This document shows, in pieces, positions 28,156 through 43,379 of a DNA stretch of 64,000 nucleotides. This DNA is from Trichoplax adhaerens. Lineage: Eukaryota > Animalia > Placozoa. Within the stretch, counting starts at the first letter, position 1, and each line of letters opens with the position of its first letter. A model generated the notes under the pieces. It was not told the origin of the DNA, did no database searches, and saw nothing but the letters and a program-made list of their open reading frames with translations. Where the stretch lies: contig NW_002060945.1 in assembly GCF_000150275.1 (NCBI RefSeq), positions 2,193,172 to 2,257,171 on the forward strand, in the 5' to 3' direction. A program made the position numbers and the translations under genes.

Positions 28156-30394
28156 TAGCCATGATGATGGCTACATGCGTAATATTTAAATACTGATATT
28201 CCAGTAGACCGATAGTACCAATACGTCCATAATAGTTTATAAGAAATTAAAGGCAATCCGAGATCTTATGTTAGCAATGCCTCAGTTCAGCTATTACTCA
28301 ATCGAAATAAGAGATCGTTCAAGTTATAGATAGAAATTGGAAATTGTTCCTTCATTACAGACTTTTTTTGATATCTAAATAGTAAATGCAGATTATATAG
28401 AGCTTAATTATCTAGAATAGATTTCTATTAGATGGCTTTCCAATCGCATAAATGAATATATCCTACCACGATCATGCTTTAGCTATATATAATGATTAAT
28501 CACTAAAATTTTCTACACGATAGAAATTGTTTTCAGCAATTAGAGTAGATATTTATAGCTTACATTGTTTAGCCTAGAAAACTTATCATTCTTTTAAATG
28601 AGCTGGTAAAATCGGCTTTATGTAGCATTTCATGATGGTTTCTTATTCATTCATTCATATCATGGATGTTAAAGTGTCAGCTAGAATTAGTTTCATTCTG
28701 AATGAATTTATTACCAATAACTCTGTTTTAATCCGGTAAAACTTAAATTTTTTCTATATGTATAATACTCATTTTTTATATCCAAGTTACAGCATAATTT
28801 TAAAGGCGATATAGCTTCACAAGTTCAAAATTGCCTTAAAAGTAAAATTTTTTGTTAGTAAGTTTTGCTTGCTGTCCCTGTTATATTTTTATTCGATCAG
28901 CGAAGGCTGTTTTCATAATGTAAAGTTAACTTTGAAATATGAGATACACTAAAAATTCTTTAAACAAATAATGCAGATTGCTATATCAAGTTTTTTAATT
29001 TATAATATCCCGTAGTATCGAAAGCTTATTATTTGAAATGATTTCATTCTTGCCTCACTCTATTCGTGCTGTTTATATTTGTGTTGGAACTGTTTATAAC
29101 GTATTCAAACACTTGCAGTGTTTTTTCACTAGCGAATTTATTTTGTCAAACAACCGATTTTTTCGAAGTAATCCTAGATTACTGATGAATAAGGCATATG
29201 TGTTGAGGCATATGTTGAAGATGCGATATTTTTAGATGAATATTTATATTTTAACATATTTTGCTTCCTCTTTATGACAAATTTAAAAGAATAAATTTTA
29301 TTATGTGACTTTCTATTAATTAATCTTCAATGAACTCGCTCTTGGTACCTATGAACAGATAACTTTTGCAGTACAAATTTTAACCCCGTAATTGAATGAA
29401 GACTAAAAGAATTCGATTTTGAAAATAAAATAGTACGGTAACATATCATATTTGATCTACATATCGATAGAAAGTTCTACCAATATATAGATTTTGAAGC
29501 TAGTTTTTGGATAACTAATTACTCACGAATTCAGTACAACTAGCAGTGAATTATCATTAAGGACTTCTAATTTTATGATATATTTGAATAAGTAATGCAT
29601 AATAAACAATATATTCATGCTATGCATGACTTGAATAGTAATCGAAGCTGCAAGGTAGAATTTAAGACTAATAATAGCTTTATAAAAATATGAGTCATTT
29701 TGATTTTATTTAGGGTATATCATTACAACTTGAAAATATGAATGCATTAGTACCGTAGCTATTAATCTGTATACGTAAGCTAATAAAAATCGAAATCAGC
29801 ATGGATAGAACGGATATTGTACCTACATCTAAAAAAATATCATTTTATTTTAATTAAATGATGCCATTAAAACAAGTAAACTAGTCATTACAAGCTCATT
29901 ATGAGTTTACAAAATGATCTGCCTGAAGATAGATATCTAAATATATTTCTGCTTATAAATATCTTTTTCATTTGGGCAATTATAATAGAATGAATCATAG
30001 ACTACTAGCGTAGTCTATAATATTATAAATTGTGCAATCAAAATCTTAATGTTATTTTAAATGGCATTCAATTATTTGCTATGCTACGGTATCTATATTG
30101 AAATAGTATATTATTACAACTTCTGATATCGGTATTACATCAATTATTCATTAGCGCTATGCAACTAACATCATTGAAAAAGGTTTATAACCTGCATAAA
30201 TAATTAAATGATTATGATTAAAGTCGGATGAATTGTGTTTTCAGTCCTTAATAAATATATTAAATAATCTCAGTCAGAAATATTTAAATGAACTCTTTAA
30301 TCAATTCCTACACCATTAATTGAGGAAGGTTTTTTTATGTGAATTTAATCTTGCAAAAATAATGATAATAGTTTTGCAGCTATCAAGGTTATAG

Positions 30395-32494
30395 TTATCG
30401 ATAACAATTTAATTTTCGAATATTCCAAGATCGTATACTTCCATCCTCAGATGCACTGTATAAAGTATTGTTATAGATCTATACAATCAGAAAATAGTAT
30501 TATGAATATGTATTAGAAACATACTTGGAACATTCCTAGAGCTATTTCAAATGCCTTAAATAAACGATCGAGGTATGGTAACTTTGCCTCAAATTATTGA
30601 TGAGAGCCTTAGAAATCATATGATAATGATGAATTATTATGAATTTTCGAAATATACTGCTAAAGCTTTATTTTTTAGTTTAACGTTACCTCACAATTAA
30701 TAATACCAATAATAGTAATGCTAATACTAATAATACTAATAATATTTCCTTACTCCTGTTTCTTTTTTAAGGCATACTAAGAAGATAATGAATCAAATTT
30801 GATGTCCAACATCAGCCGCAATAAATAATTGCTACATATCTTTGTGTTTTAGCATGTCGTTAGTTTAGTTAGGTAATATTATAATTTACCTTAAGACATT
30901 TTACGGCATATAAATGTCCTTTTAATATGCCAATAACTCGTCCGGAATCAATATCATAAGCACGAATGGTATTATCGGCAGAACCAGTGAAGACTTAAGT
31001 AGCAAATAATAGCAGCAAATGAAATATTTTAGAAATTTGAATTGTGAAAAAGAAACTTTATACACGTAAATAGATGATTATAATCATATATCAAGTTCTA
31101 GTTTTCTTTTGTTTAATTCCGTTATAGTAACACTACGTGAATTAATTGATTTATTCGTTGATGATGATGCTAGCTTAAAAGTCATGCGGTAATGAATATA
31201 ATAGTTTAAAATATCAATTGTTATTAGCTATTAGTGAGAACTGATAAATTTTGTGCAGTTCATTAAATAAAAGAATTTATAAAATTTTTCGTAAATTTTT
31301 CGGTCAAAGAACGTTATAATATATAGAACGATTTGCTATATAAATACTGATTTTAATTCACAGGATCACATCGAGTATTTTAAATGTTTCTATCTGAAGC
31401 TGTGAAATTATCGTATCGAAACTTACGAATATTCCTATCTACATCAAGGCATGAAATTTTGTGTGAATGTCCATTATAGACTTTATGGCAAGATCCAGTG
31501 TTGCTTAGCCAGCATCGAGTTGTATGATCAGCGCTACCAGTAAATAGAAAGTTGTTTATCATCTATATAGCAACATAATTATTAATTAAAAATTTTAAAA
31601 ATAAACGCAATAATAGGCTCCTATCAATGTTACCTCTATTTACAAGAAGTAGATTTTACTAGATATATTCAGAAACCGTCAACGATCAATCTACTCTATA
31701 CACCTTACCATATTTCAATACTTATTATTTTAATGATGGATATTTAATTTTACCTTGACACATGTAATGGATGCAACGTGCCCTTTGAAAACGCTAATTG
31801 GTTGTCCCGTATATATTTCCCAAGATCGTAATGTAGCATCCGATGAGCCAGTATACAAGTACTTGTTATTATGATCTACAGTTAAGCAAATTATTGCTGC
31901 TTTATGACCTTGATAGGTAACGACTTCTTGGGCTGCCTGTAAATCCCATAATTTAGCAGTTTTATCCGCCGATCCAGTAATAAGCATACGAGTAGCCAAT
32001 AGATCAAGGCTACGGGAATCTATTACTATATTTGGGACTATAACAATAGGATCAACACTTCTCGTATGGCCTTGCAGAACAAATTCACACGAGCCATCTA
32101 TAAAATGCCAGCAACGTATAGTGCTATCGTAAGAGGTAGAAAATATCCAATCATTCCAACATATAATTTCGTTAATTAAGGCAGCATGGCCAACGAAAGT
32201 TGTAACGCATTCACCAGTATCGATATTCCATTTGTGTATTAATGAATCGGCTGAACCAGTTAAGATATAATTGCCGTGTAAGTAAATGCAACTAACATAA
32301 TGCTCATGGCCTTCCAAGATTAAATGTAAATCGGCAGTTAAAGTTGACCAGACACGAACTGTTCGATCCTCCGATGCTGTGACTAAATATTTATGATTGT
32401 AATTCAATTCCATGGCGTTAATACCGCCACCGTGGGCGTCGAATACGTCTTGACTTTTATACTTGCGGTGACTACTGCTGACTTTATTGCCCAT
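30395..32494 (-). CDS. WDR86: WD40-repeat protein 86; 4 coding exons (~31754-32494, ~31426-31562, ~30890-30994, 30395-30478)
   Basis: HGGGIN..LVTASEDRT.RVWST..GHEHYV..STSYDST..LITGSADKTAKLW..YTGSSDATLRSW..FTGSADHT.RCWL..LYSASEDGSIRSW is colinear with WDR86. The N-terminus MGNKVS is a myristoylation-type motif. Confidence 0.85.
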
Positions 32495-35397
32495 TATACT
32501 ATATAACTTTCTCTGTTGACGTTATTAATAACCATTTATCAATGATATATCTTAATTATTAATAGTTAGATTATGATCGAAAGTAATCTTATATATCGAA
32601 TACGATTAACTTGTTATATACACTTTACTATCGTTAAAAATTTTTTTTTTTTTGTATAGACTCCTTTAGTATAAACAAATCAATATTTAGCATTGGTTAA
32701 AATATAGAAACAAACGAAGTATAGATTAAGTAAGATAACCGTTTAAAAATAATAGATTCGAGGTAATAAATGCTAACAACAGAGGAAAGAGGCTGATTTT
32801 CATGATTACAAACCTAGACATAAATACGCGACATGCAATTATAGCATAGCTTTCCTTTTACAAGTTCTTGCCTTGATCGTTGTTAGCAATTAGATAAGCG
32901 ATTTTAATTACTAATTTGATCTACTTAACTAGATAAAATATCACTGGTGTTTGTTAACCAATGATTGAGTTTTTAATAAAAAATTTTCGTGACTGCACTT
33001 TCGGATGATAATCCACCCCAATGGAAACCTGTTGCACTATATTCAAGACGTTGAGCACACTTCATGAATAATTTAAAGTAAGTTAATTAATAGCGATACT
33101 TTTTCAGCGCTTAAGATGTCATAATGATAACCATACCTCACTGTTGATGTGGTCTTTAGATGCGATTATCAATCAACGCTAACAACGGTGTTTTGTAGCT
33201 AACCTCAGAATAGTTTGTTATAATTAAACACTTACAAAAGCAATTGTTATAACGCCAATTAGCCTTGTATTAATTACTATCGTCAAAGCTACAAGGAACG
33301 TACAACTCATCAAATTGCAATTGATAACGAAGAAGGTGGTGGCTAAATAGCCATTTCTTGCTTCAGATTGGCTATAAAAAAGTAAACAATAAATTATTAT
33401 ACTCCGATCAAATCTATTGATTATTTCAACTTATTGTTTAGTAAAGTTGAATAAGTGTTTATTTATGTATTTAAAGATAACTGAAATCAGTAGAACCTAT
33501 AGATTGAATGGAACATCAAGTCAAGGTAAGTTAGCTAATTGATGTACCGTTAGTAATAATCAAACAATTTTCTATTTATTAACAACATGTTCTTATCTTT
33601 GGGATTATTTATATCTTATCATACAACTAAGTAATCCACTCAAGTAATTGACTAATTTTTAGGATCCATTACTGCATTGTCTAGCAATATCTTTTTCTAA
33701 TTTTTCAAGCGAATTATTTTGATATTAAGTTAAGAAGAGTAGCAGAAACTTTTTTGTTGCATTAATTGCTAACCCATGGATAATTTATTACTAACTTCTT
33801 TCTCCCTTTTCCTTATTCGGGCATATCATCTAGTGATACGATTAAAATAATGCAGGTAGATAAATAAATATGAATAATCCTATGGTTCTTGTTGATGTGG
33901 TAGGCTATCAATAGGAAGTACAGATGCCTTGCAGTTAGAAAGAAATTTTAATTATGACAACTTTGCATATCATTAAGGACTATAAATCAAATTAATCAAA
34001 CAACATGCATTGATGTGATTTAATAACATAAATTAATAGCTGATTCGACGTGATCGTGATAATAATATATTATCAATAGATAAAAACGACTGACAGATGT
34101 TTAAATAACATTTCAATTTACTCATTGTCATAGTGACCATTCCATTAATCATTTAAATCAATAGCTGTAATTTTGATTTAGATTTTGTGATTGATGTGTT
34201 AAAATATAACTTAACCTCAACATCTAAATTGAATTAGTTAATAATGGCTGCTCGAAAGTTATACATAATCAGTTAATAGGCGGATGTAGCAACAACAATG
34301 CGTTAGAAAAGGTGTTAAGTTTAATCTTGAAGATTTCTTTCATCATGCCGTTAACGAAATAGTAATGCCGACAATAATAAATCAAGTCTTGTAATGTCTG
34401 AGCTATTATATTCCGGTTTATCGGCCTATTTAGATTCTCAAAGATTGCTATTGATACACTACGATATTTCTTTTGATCTAATTTGACGTTGCAATCACGA
34501 TATTAATGCCATTCTAGATACTAAGGCATAGAACTATTCCAAGCGATTAATAGATTAATGAAATAAATGAATTTCTTGAAAGATATCTAGTAATGGCGTG
34601 TTTTTGTAAGATGTTATCCCTATAGTCTTGTGATTAGCTCTAAGCCAACATTTTATCCTATCTTGTAATACAGAAGCGACAAGAATGTTAATTTACTAGA
34701 GAATTATTAGTTAGACAAAATGTACTTTTTTACTTTTATACAATCGCCGGGATCGTAGACTCTAATTTAGGAAAGTTCGTATCCCTTTCGACTAACATAT
34801 TATAAAGCAATCTGTGGTGATTTTCAGCTAATTACAAGGGTAATGCGTGTTGAAAAATCTACTGTGATTTGAAGCAGAGACTACTAAATTTTAAATCTTT
34901 CTTTTCAGTAGTACCTATTTGAAGTAAGCATTGTGTGACATAAAATAGTCGATTATGCTTAATATAGTCATTGATTAAGGATGATGGCTGGTATGATGAA
35001 ACCGTATACTTCTATTTTATTTTAAAAACTCAAACTTTGATTCAGTGGATTGCAAACCCTAGGGGTCAAAAATCCATTCTCTACACAATTCTATAATTCA
35101 AAGGGAAAGAACTCATTCTGATTAATACTTATCAATTCATCATTGATTCTTTGCATAGAATCTTGTCAATACTTTCAAACATGCTCTGCATTGCACCTCT
35201 TTCTAACTTACAGATTTGCCATTATTGATTCCGCATTTTAAATATACTGTCAATATTTTTAGAATCGGTTTAGGGTGGTATTTCATCTTTGGACTAGCAA
35301 TTCTTAGATACAGGAACTAGATTATTCATAGATAATTTTGCTAAGTAATGTTTACAAAGATATTTCTTTCCCTATCGTAGCTATTGCAGTGTCTTGC

Positions 35398-35838
35398 TTA
35401 TTCTAACATTACGTCATCGAAATTAATGTAGATTTTCCTAGTGGCCCTCCTCAAATTACAATTATCACACCCTTCAACGTGTACCTCTATCGCTGACCGA
35501 CATCGCAGTTTGTCATCTTTAGTCATCGTGTAATCGTTTGAATTTAAGAAGGCACTTTTATGAAACCTATCTCTTCCATTATTACCGGACTTTAATGTCA
35601 CTTTATTTGCCTTAATTACGAACTCGTTGATAACATCAAAGTGCTGGTTAAAGTTATTTTCTGATTCATTATTTAATGAGCTATTAACAGTTTCTAAGAA
35701 AGCCTTTATACTCTTATCTAATAGTATCCATAGATAATGATAACGGTCCGAATTGAGTGGGGAAACAAAAAAGTTATTTACAGTTAACAAAAAAATTACG
35801 CAGTAGCAATAGAAACAGTATTTTCTAAAGTGTAGCAA
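35398..35838 (-). other. Orphan 146-codon open frame without an ATG at its start (possible exon or pseudogene relic)
   Basis: Longest unexplained ORF in the window. It starts at TTG directly after a stop, has a hydrophobic Cys-containing N-terminus and no recognisable domain. Confidence 0.2.
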
Positions 35839-38461
35839 TCAAAGAGGTTTCTCTAATCAGCCTAAACCAAATCCGAATCTTTTGAGAATACACTGAACTG
35901 CTATCATTCGAAGTAGTAGCTTAAATAGATTTTCATCATGTCATTTGTAGTTAATTCGTTGGCTTAACTAAAGGGTGTAAGATCCCTTTATTGTATTATA
36001 CACTAAGCTCAGATCAGTATTTGGGCATTCCTGAATTTACAGTATCGACTTATGCTCCATAATTCATTAAACTAATTACCATCGCTCTTACGAAATTTTA
36101 GAGCCTTTTCAATACTAACGGTGTGCTCCGTAACTTCAGAATTATCATAACTCCTCTCGTATACCACACTACATTACTACTGGCTGCTGCATTAATCATC
36201 TTCATAACCAAACAAAAATTTACTTGGCTACACAATTATGAAAGCATGATGGTATAAATCAAAACCCAAGAGGGAAAATACTTATCGAAAGCCAAGTTCT
36301 CCGCCATTACTAGTTATGCTACTAAAGAAATTGATTAATCAAAGAGTAGAAAAAATCCAGGCCGGACTGCATTTCATGCGTCGAAACCGAAATAAGAGTT
36401 TTAACTTGACAACTTTTTCAGTTGCCAGTATAGATTTAAATGCGCTTAACCTTCAGCGAAGGTAGCCCACTGCGATCGATATTAGGATGTTTTTATATAG
36501 TCAATTTACCAAAATTACTACAATTATGGGCTATAAGAAAGGTTTTTTTTTTTTTTCGTTCTAGTTTGCGCATGCACGGAGCACAGAAAGAAATCCTTAA
36601 TTAGTCGTGGTATCAGGCTAATAAAATCAAGGCTAAATTTAATGTTACAACTGTACTGAGGAAGCTGGAGAACTGATCAAATATCAACAAACTTTTCTAT
36701 GGTGCTCATGTAGGCGTAAAGAACAAAGCGATTTACATCATTGTCTGTATAAAAATTCATCTTTAAGTACAGTATACATTTATCTCATGTATCGAACTGC
36801 ATGGAATTTATGTAACGTCAAACTGAAGGTGCTTTATACGAGTATGTTGCATTTAATTTTAAATAAAAATATTTTAATCATATCAAACGTTACCCATGTC
36901 TATTGAGATGACATATTAATACCTGACATGCCTGCAAAATATGCATTAATATGTATTAAACTCACTGAAAATGTTAACTTTTATTGTGCCAATCAAGACC
37001 ATAGAGAATAGATAATTCGTAAGGATTATAACCATAATCTGCAACTATGTACAGGCAAAACTTGCAATTATTGCATCATAGCCGTAGTACTAACTACGCA
37101 ATCGAAAACAAGGCATTAAGCTTATTAAGAAAGTAACAAAAAAGGTGTTGTTGGTACAAGACGAAGAGGCTTAAAGCGAAGTAAAATCAGCAAATTATTA
37201 GCAATTCATAAAATAACGTTTTTCTTATCAATACATGATTTCCTGCGTAAAATCGTATACAACATTTATCATGAGAATACCATACTGTCCATACGTGAGT
37301 TGTGATTTTAATATTCTGTCGTCACATTTCATAAATTTACATATAGAATACGGTGATTAATACCATGTTACAGTACTGTACTATAAATAGAGGATTGTAT
37401 TCAAATCTACTCTTATACGAGTACATACTTATAACTAGAGTAGGTTACAAAATATATTAAAATTAAAACCGACATTTTAGCATCTATGGATACGTATATA
37501 ACCTTAGCGTAAGAGCCGCAGAACTATTAAAATACAGAATTAGTGTAGATGAGTAAATTTAAAATTATCATCATTCACTATTCTATTTCAAGTCGAGATA
37601 GTAATGAAGAATTGATTTATAAATGCAGCTAAAACTCAGTCCACTCATCGTATAAGATCTAGCACAAATTAATGCACACATAATAACAAAATTTCAATAT
37701 AATGAATTCAATTAGCACCTATAACTAGTTATTGAAATCATCTAACGATGGGTAGACATTGATTACAAGAATGTAAAGCAATGGAATAATTTGCACTATA
37801 AAATTTCGCTACTTCAAAAGCGGTAAATATTCAATGTAGCGAACTAAAAATTTTTTACTTTTCGTTATCTATATGTACTGTACATCCATACGAAACGATG
37901 ATATAAACTGTGCAATTCGCTTCACTATTTCTCGATAAGATAGTTGCGTCTGACAGAGCTGGCAGCGCTTTAATAAGTAATTGTCCCTTTTGACATGATT
38001 CGCAGCGCAAATTAGTCCATAATTAATATGCTCAAAAGCTTACATAATAATAATAATTAGAACAATAATGCTACTCGTAGCCAATTCAAATTAACTACCC
38101 CTTGGTCGGATTATCATTTCACCAGGTGTTACTTCGTTTCAGTCCATAGGTGGTATATAATCATTGCATAAATGTGCATTGTATAGTACGTTGTTACCAC
38201 GTCGTCTAATTTCTACATTATATACTGCAGTACTTTGGAAAAATAGTACGTCGTACAAACCTCACAAGTATGGATAAGCCTAACAATCTTGTTAAAGCTT
38301 CAATAAAAATTATGGCTGATTTAGCATGCTTAGCACGCATTTATACCAGCGTATAAATAACTTCTCGGTTAACCAAACATTTATTATTGGTTAACTGTCA
38401 ACCAATTTTTAGACCTATTCGAACAAACAGTATAAAGTAGTCGAATCCCAGCCAATAACCT

Positions 38462-41400
38462 TTATCTTTCAGTACTTTCAGATTTTGAAGCTTTTTTATT
38501 TGATTTTTGTGCCATTTCGGCATAGCTTAATTTTGGATTTGTGGACTTTTCTTCGTGCTTCTGTAAATTGCGTGGTAAAGGTACAAATATCATGTTAGTA
38601 AGAAAAGCTGGCACAAAATGCATTAAAATCTTATATTTAAGACATTAATATTTATTACCGAAGAATCTAAGCTTTTAGCGCTGCCTTTACTGGTACTTGC
38701 TTTTGCCTGGGATTCATGATTTTGAGTTGTGGCATTTACAGTCGGTTTACTACGAAATTACAGATAAAATTACTTAAATGTAGCCAGCACCAATAGGAGT
38801 ACATGAGATGTAAGCATACCTTTTGGAGGATACTTGCGACGTAGGTTTGTTCCGATTTACATTAGTAGAACTGGCGCCTGAATCCTATAAATGCAATTAA
38901 TGAAAGTACAATTAACTGCATTATGCAATAGAAATATCTGATAATGGTGATAAGCATACTCTCAATGCTTCTTTAGCATTTGGCTGATTCATTTTCTAAT
39001 TTCAATAAAAAGGACAACCGGTTATATTATACGGCAAAATGTTATATATGGATTGAACACAGAAAGTAAACAGTTACCTTCGCGTCTTTAATACCTTTAA
39101 CCACATCAGCTAACTTAGGGTGATCGATATCGTCTACTTCCCGAACTGGTGGCTAAGAAACAAAATTCGAACAAACACCTTGTAACGCTAAATTCAGCAA
39201 TATTTGTCATAAATTCAATGTTGCCTACCGAAGCGGTATTACTTCCTACGGCTGATGGTAAAGGTGGAAAATGTGAGGCAAAATCCAAATTTACTTTACG
39301 TTGTATGGGATATTCCTTTTCTTTTTTGCTAGAATAATTTGTTCCATCTTTGTTAGGTTTCTGATTAATGGATTTTAAAAAAGAAGCATCACGTAAAACT
39401 CTTGCAACTTGTAAATGAGAACGATTATCAGAATAGTTGCTTACATGTTTATAGTTTACTTCTTCTGAACTATGACTACGACGTTTTTGCTTTCCAGTCT
39501 TCCTACTTTAAAAGTGAAATTGAAAGGTGAACTGTATTCTCATATACGGTTGTACAACTATTACGGAGTTATTTTTCTAAGCATACCCTTGTTCATTAGT
39601 GTGGCGTCGTGGCGTACTTGGATTTGATTCATTCTGCGATGGAAGAGTACCATTAGCAGTAGCCGAACGATGGTGTTCTTCACGATTTTGACGATCGCTT
39701 CTCGAAGTATTTTTATTGTGATGACTAAAGGTGCAATAAAAGACATTAATGTACCATTATTTAGCGGTTAATATAAGCAAACCAACTCATAACACTTTTA
39801 ATAGATACCCCGAATGTCCACGATGATTTGATGGGTTTGATACTTGTTTCATTGTATTAGAAGGTGCTATTAATGCAGAAAAATACATCTGCATAAGTAC
39901 ACTATTCATCTACATCAGAAATGCTTCCATTATTATAATTAACAACATGCTGGTAACGTACGAAATCTTTTAAAAGGTGGGAAACCTGCTTGCATTGGTA
40001 TACCTCCCTGTGTATTGTGGAGAAGATGAATTTATTAAAAAGACAAGGAAACGATTAAACTAATATAAAATATTCAAATAACCATTGCCGGTTCTGGGTA
40101 ATAGTGAGGCACGGCCCAAGGCATTACATTGTAGAAAGGAACAGCCTAGTGACATAAAGCAAAAATAAAGTCCAACTTTTACAAGCGTAGTCGAGATGTC
40201 ACACAATCTCGAAATATTTAGCTCTGATTTCGTCTTGGCATATTTACCTGATGACCGTTGAAAGGAACCATCCCAAAAGCAGGCCTTGGGCGTGGATATG
40301 TATTAACCTCTGGAGGCTAGGAGATTACGATGTGTAGAATACAACATTATTAATTTATACATGAAATATACTACTGTAATAAAATTTATCAAATAGTACC
40401 AGTTGCCTAAATTCGTTTTTTGGGCCAAAATCGCGTTTCTGTATCGGCTTTGCTTTAATTCGAGCCTTAATTATAAGAGCAAGTAGTGAATTAACATATA
40501 TTTACATTTTACCGGCATATGGATAAGTTAAAATTACCATTATTGGTTTGCCTTGAAATTCTTTCACTACTTCTCTTATGTAATTAAAGGCTTCCTGCGC
40601 CTTTTCATCATTGTCAAAGGAAACGTACCAACTGTTGTTGTGGGCAAATTCACATGATATTGGTTTAGGACACGTATCAGAGAATAGATTCATTATATCC
40701 TCTGTTGGCGTCCGTCTATCAATTTCTCGTAGAATGATCGTGCATCGATTAGTAACTGGTCGGACTTTCTCACCGTCTTCATCCAGCTGTACAGTAGAGC
40801 ACTCTTTCAATATTTCAGTGATTAGATCTATGTCTGATGTTAGCTGCTTAATTGTATTAAATGTAGCTATTGTTTTAATTGGCACGTATTGGTCGCTATC
40901 CATTTGAGAAACTGCAATGTAAGATTAGCATCAATTAAAAAGCAAGTATTACCGAATAAAAACGTCTCATATTATGACATTCAATACACTTACGCAAATA
41001 TGCATCAGAAGCGACATTTTCCCTATAAGGAAGGATAAATGATCGAATTAATACACTCATGAAATATGTCAAATATATTAGAATTTCACTTTACTCTTAT
41101 GGCATTGTAGCAAAATCAAATTTCATAGGAACATCTTCATGGATAGTATAAAATTGTTTTGAATGTAATCTATGCAATACCTTGAAAAGTAATATTCCAA
41201 TTCATTCTTTAAGGATATTCTAATGCCGTCATCGGTAGTACTTTTAGAAATAGCATTCTTGACACCATCATCATGATTTGTAACGTCTTTAATGAAGGTA
41301 CATATTATACGACTTAATCTTCGGTATTTTAGATAACTGTCAAAATGACGTGATCAACCATAAGAAGCTCTTACCGTTTACGTCGCTATCAGGTGACACA

Positions 41401-41751
41401 TCTTTGCTTTGAAGTCCTGTGGAATCGTTTTCGAACGCTACAGCCACAGGACAATCCAGATTTGCGTTATTAGAGTCTTTCTTTTCCAATATGGTTCCGC
41501 TGAGTAATCAAAAATTGAATAAGATATTCGTATTTCGTATCAGGATTATATTACGTTGTATTTGGTTAGAAGGACATATAAGACTTGCACCCATATTGTA
41601 ATCACTCTATTTACTGATTCACTGCAACTAGAGTGCGCTAGCTAACAATTCCATTATTCATCAGAGGTAATTACTTTTCTCATGTTTGAATAAAATTTGA
41701 CATAACATCGAGTATCTAAATAATTTCAATGGATGATACTTACTTGTGCAT
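38462..41751 (-). CDS. LARP4: La-related protein 4/4B (La motif + RRM), multi-exon
   Basis: La module LKNELEYYFSR/ENVASDAYL/..QMDSDQYVPI..KVRP..RCTIILREI..CEFAHNNSWYVSF..FQGKPIM/ARIKAKP. LARP4 C-terminal motifs ASHFPPLP, ADVVKG and KLSYAEM are present. Stop TAA at 38462-38464. The start ATG at 41751 is inferred from the phase-2 splice ATG CAC AA|C GGA (41744 to 41499) and is less certain than the rest. Confidence 0.88.
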
Positions 41752-43379
41752 TTGGGAATTACAGTTAGAAATCCAATTTGCTAGCCGAATCGTTTTGACT
41801 AAGTGTTTCCTACAAAAATTGTACAAGTATGAATTAATATTGATACCGTAGAAAAATGATATCTAATGTGAACCCTCCACCATGCTGCTGTACCAACTTA
41901 GAACTAAATCCAAGCGTTATCGTACAGTCGTCATGCCATTTCTTAACTTTATGACATGAAATCTATCAAATAAACGTAGCAACAGGGCTATACAAGTATA
42001 GCATTCTTGATATGCTATATGTCATACAGTATCAGTACCGTACTGTACTATTCAAAGTCAATAATGTTGTATGAAATTTACATAGAAATTTTATCATTTT
42101 ATAAGTTTTTTAATCATCAATTGACTGTCCTGAAGTATAGCTTTGTGAGCGTTACAGTAACACATGTAACTACGCCGTATGGAGTACGTTTTGTGTTTCA
42201 AATCAACGCAAGTTAATACACAACATGATAGCTTAATCATAATTAATATAATTATTAATAGTTGATACTATACTAAGTGGCATCACTTCAACAGCGTTTC
42301 CATTACTGGCTTAAATTATATTGCATCTTTTAAGTCTTACATAAATCGATAAAGCACATCTAAAACAAAAGGAAATAGGTAGCAATTGACATCGTATCAA
42401 GGCAACTATTACAGGGAATTATACGATAGACCTGGTTGCACTTTATCGCATTGCTGATTTATGGTATCGGCATTGGTTCTCCGTAAGAAAAGTAACTACA
42501 GCTGTGATTGATAAGTCGTTGTCGTATGAAAGCCTCTATGTTATAAGCTTCGATGAAGTTACTACTGTACAATGCAAGGTTATCCACATACAGTAGTACT
42601 CTAGCTTGTGGCAGGGGAGCATTTTGCAATTTCAGCATGCTTACTGATTTCCTTTCCGTCTGTCAAGTATCATTCAACTAAAATGGTAGATCAAGCTATG
42701 GAGGTGGAGGGTGTGACTAGCAAATAATCTGTGCGTCGTAATCACAGTAACTGTACATCGATTATCGGCTTTTTAATGATATAATTATCACGTCAATGGC
42801 TCTAACTCATCCATGTGTAGTAATTAACAATTACAAAAGGATTCAATGAACGATTGCATAAGCATTTGTCAGTAATTTCCGTTAGATTATCAAGGTCAAC
42901 CCTTTCTATACATATTGTAGGTCACTTGCAACCACTGCAGCATCGTGCAGGCATCAAAAGCATTTTCTAAAATAAAATAGCATTCTATCTATGTGCTTTT
43001 TTACAATCTGCATTTTATAATACTACAGAGGTCAAAAATTCACTTTCAATGTTAGGTATATTCTTGCATTCTCCTACCATATTGGTTACTTCAATTCACG
43101 TAGGGTAAAAGTCAAATATTGCCAGTGTTAAATTTGCAAAGTAGTCAATTTTTAATGTCAAGCTATTAGCAATTATATCGTCTTACCGAAAAGAATTTCT
43201 TTAAGAAATAGCTTATGGATCAGCGTGTAAACCCGGTTGAATCTTAATTAATAAGAAATAATATGAAAAAAATACTCGCTAATCGAGTCCCTCAAATCGT
43301 GCAACCAGGGATGAACTCGAATCAGTTCAGGAATCCGCAGTCCAGTAATAATTCTGTGACAGCGATCACACTGCACGGC

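Noticed and set aside
28017-28256. Minus-strand ORF overlapping the FLACC1 last exon
   Set aside because: Antisense shadow of a real exon.
33060-33860. Plus-strand GTAAGT donors (33078, 33526) suggesting a divergent lncRNA
   Set aside because: Too few paired sites, and such motifs are common by chance in AT-rich DNA.
39149-41601. Plus-strand ORFs 39149-39337, 40611-40907, 41419-41601 and minus ORF 39561-39746
   Set aside because: Antisense or off-frame shadows of LARP4 exons.
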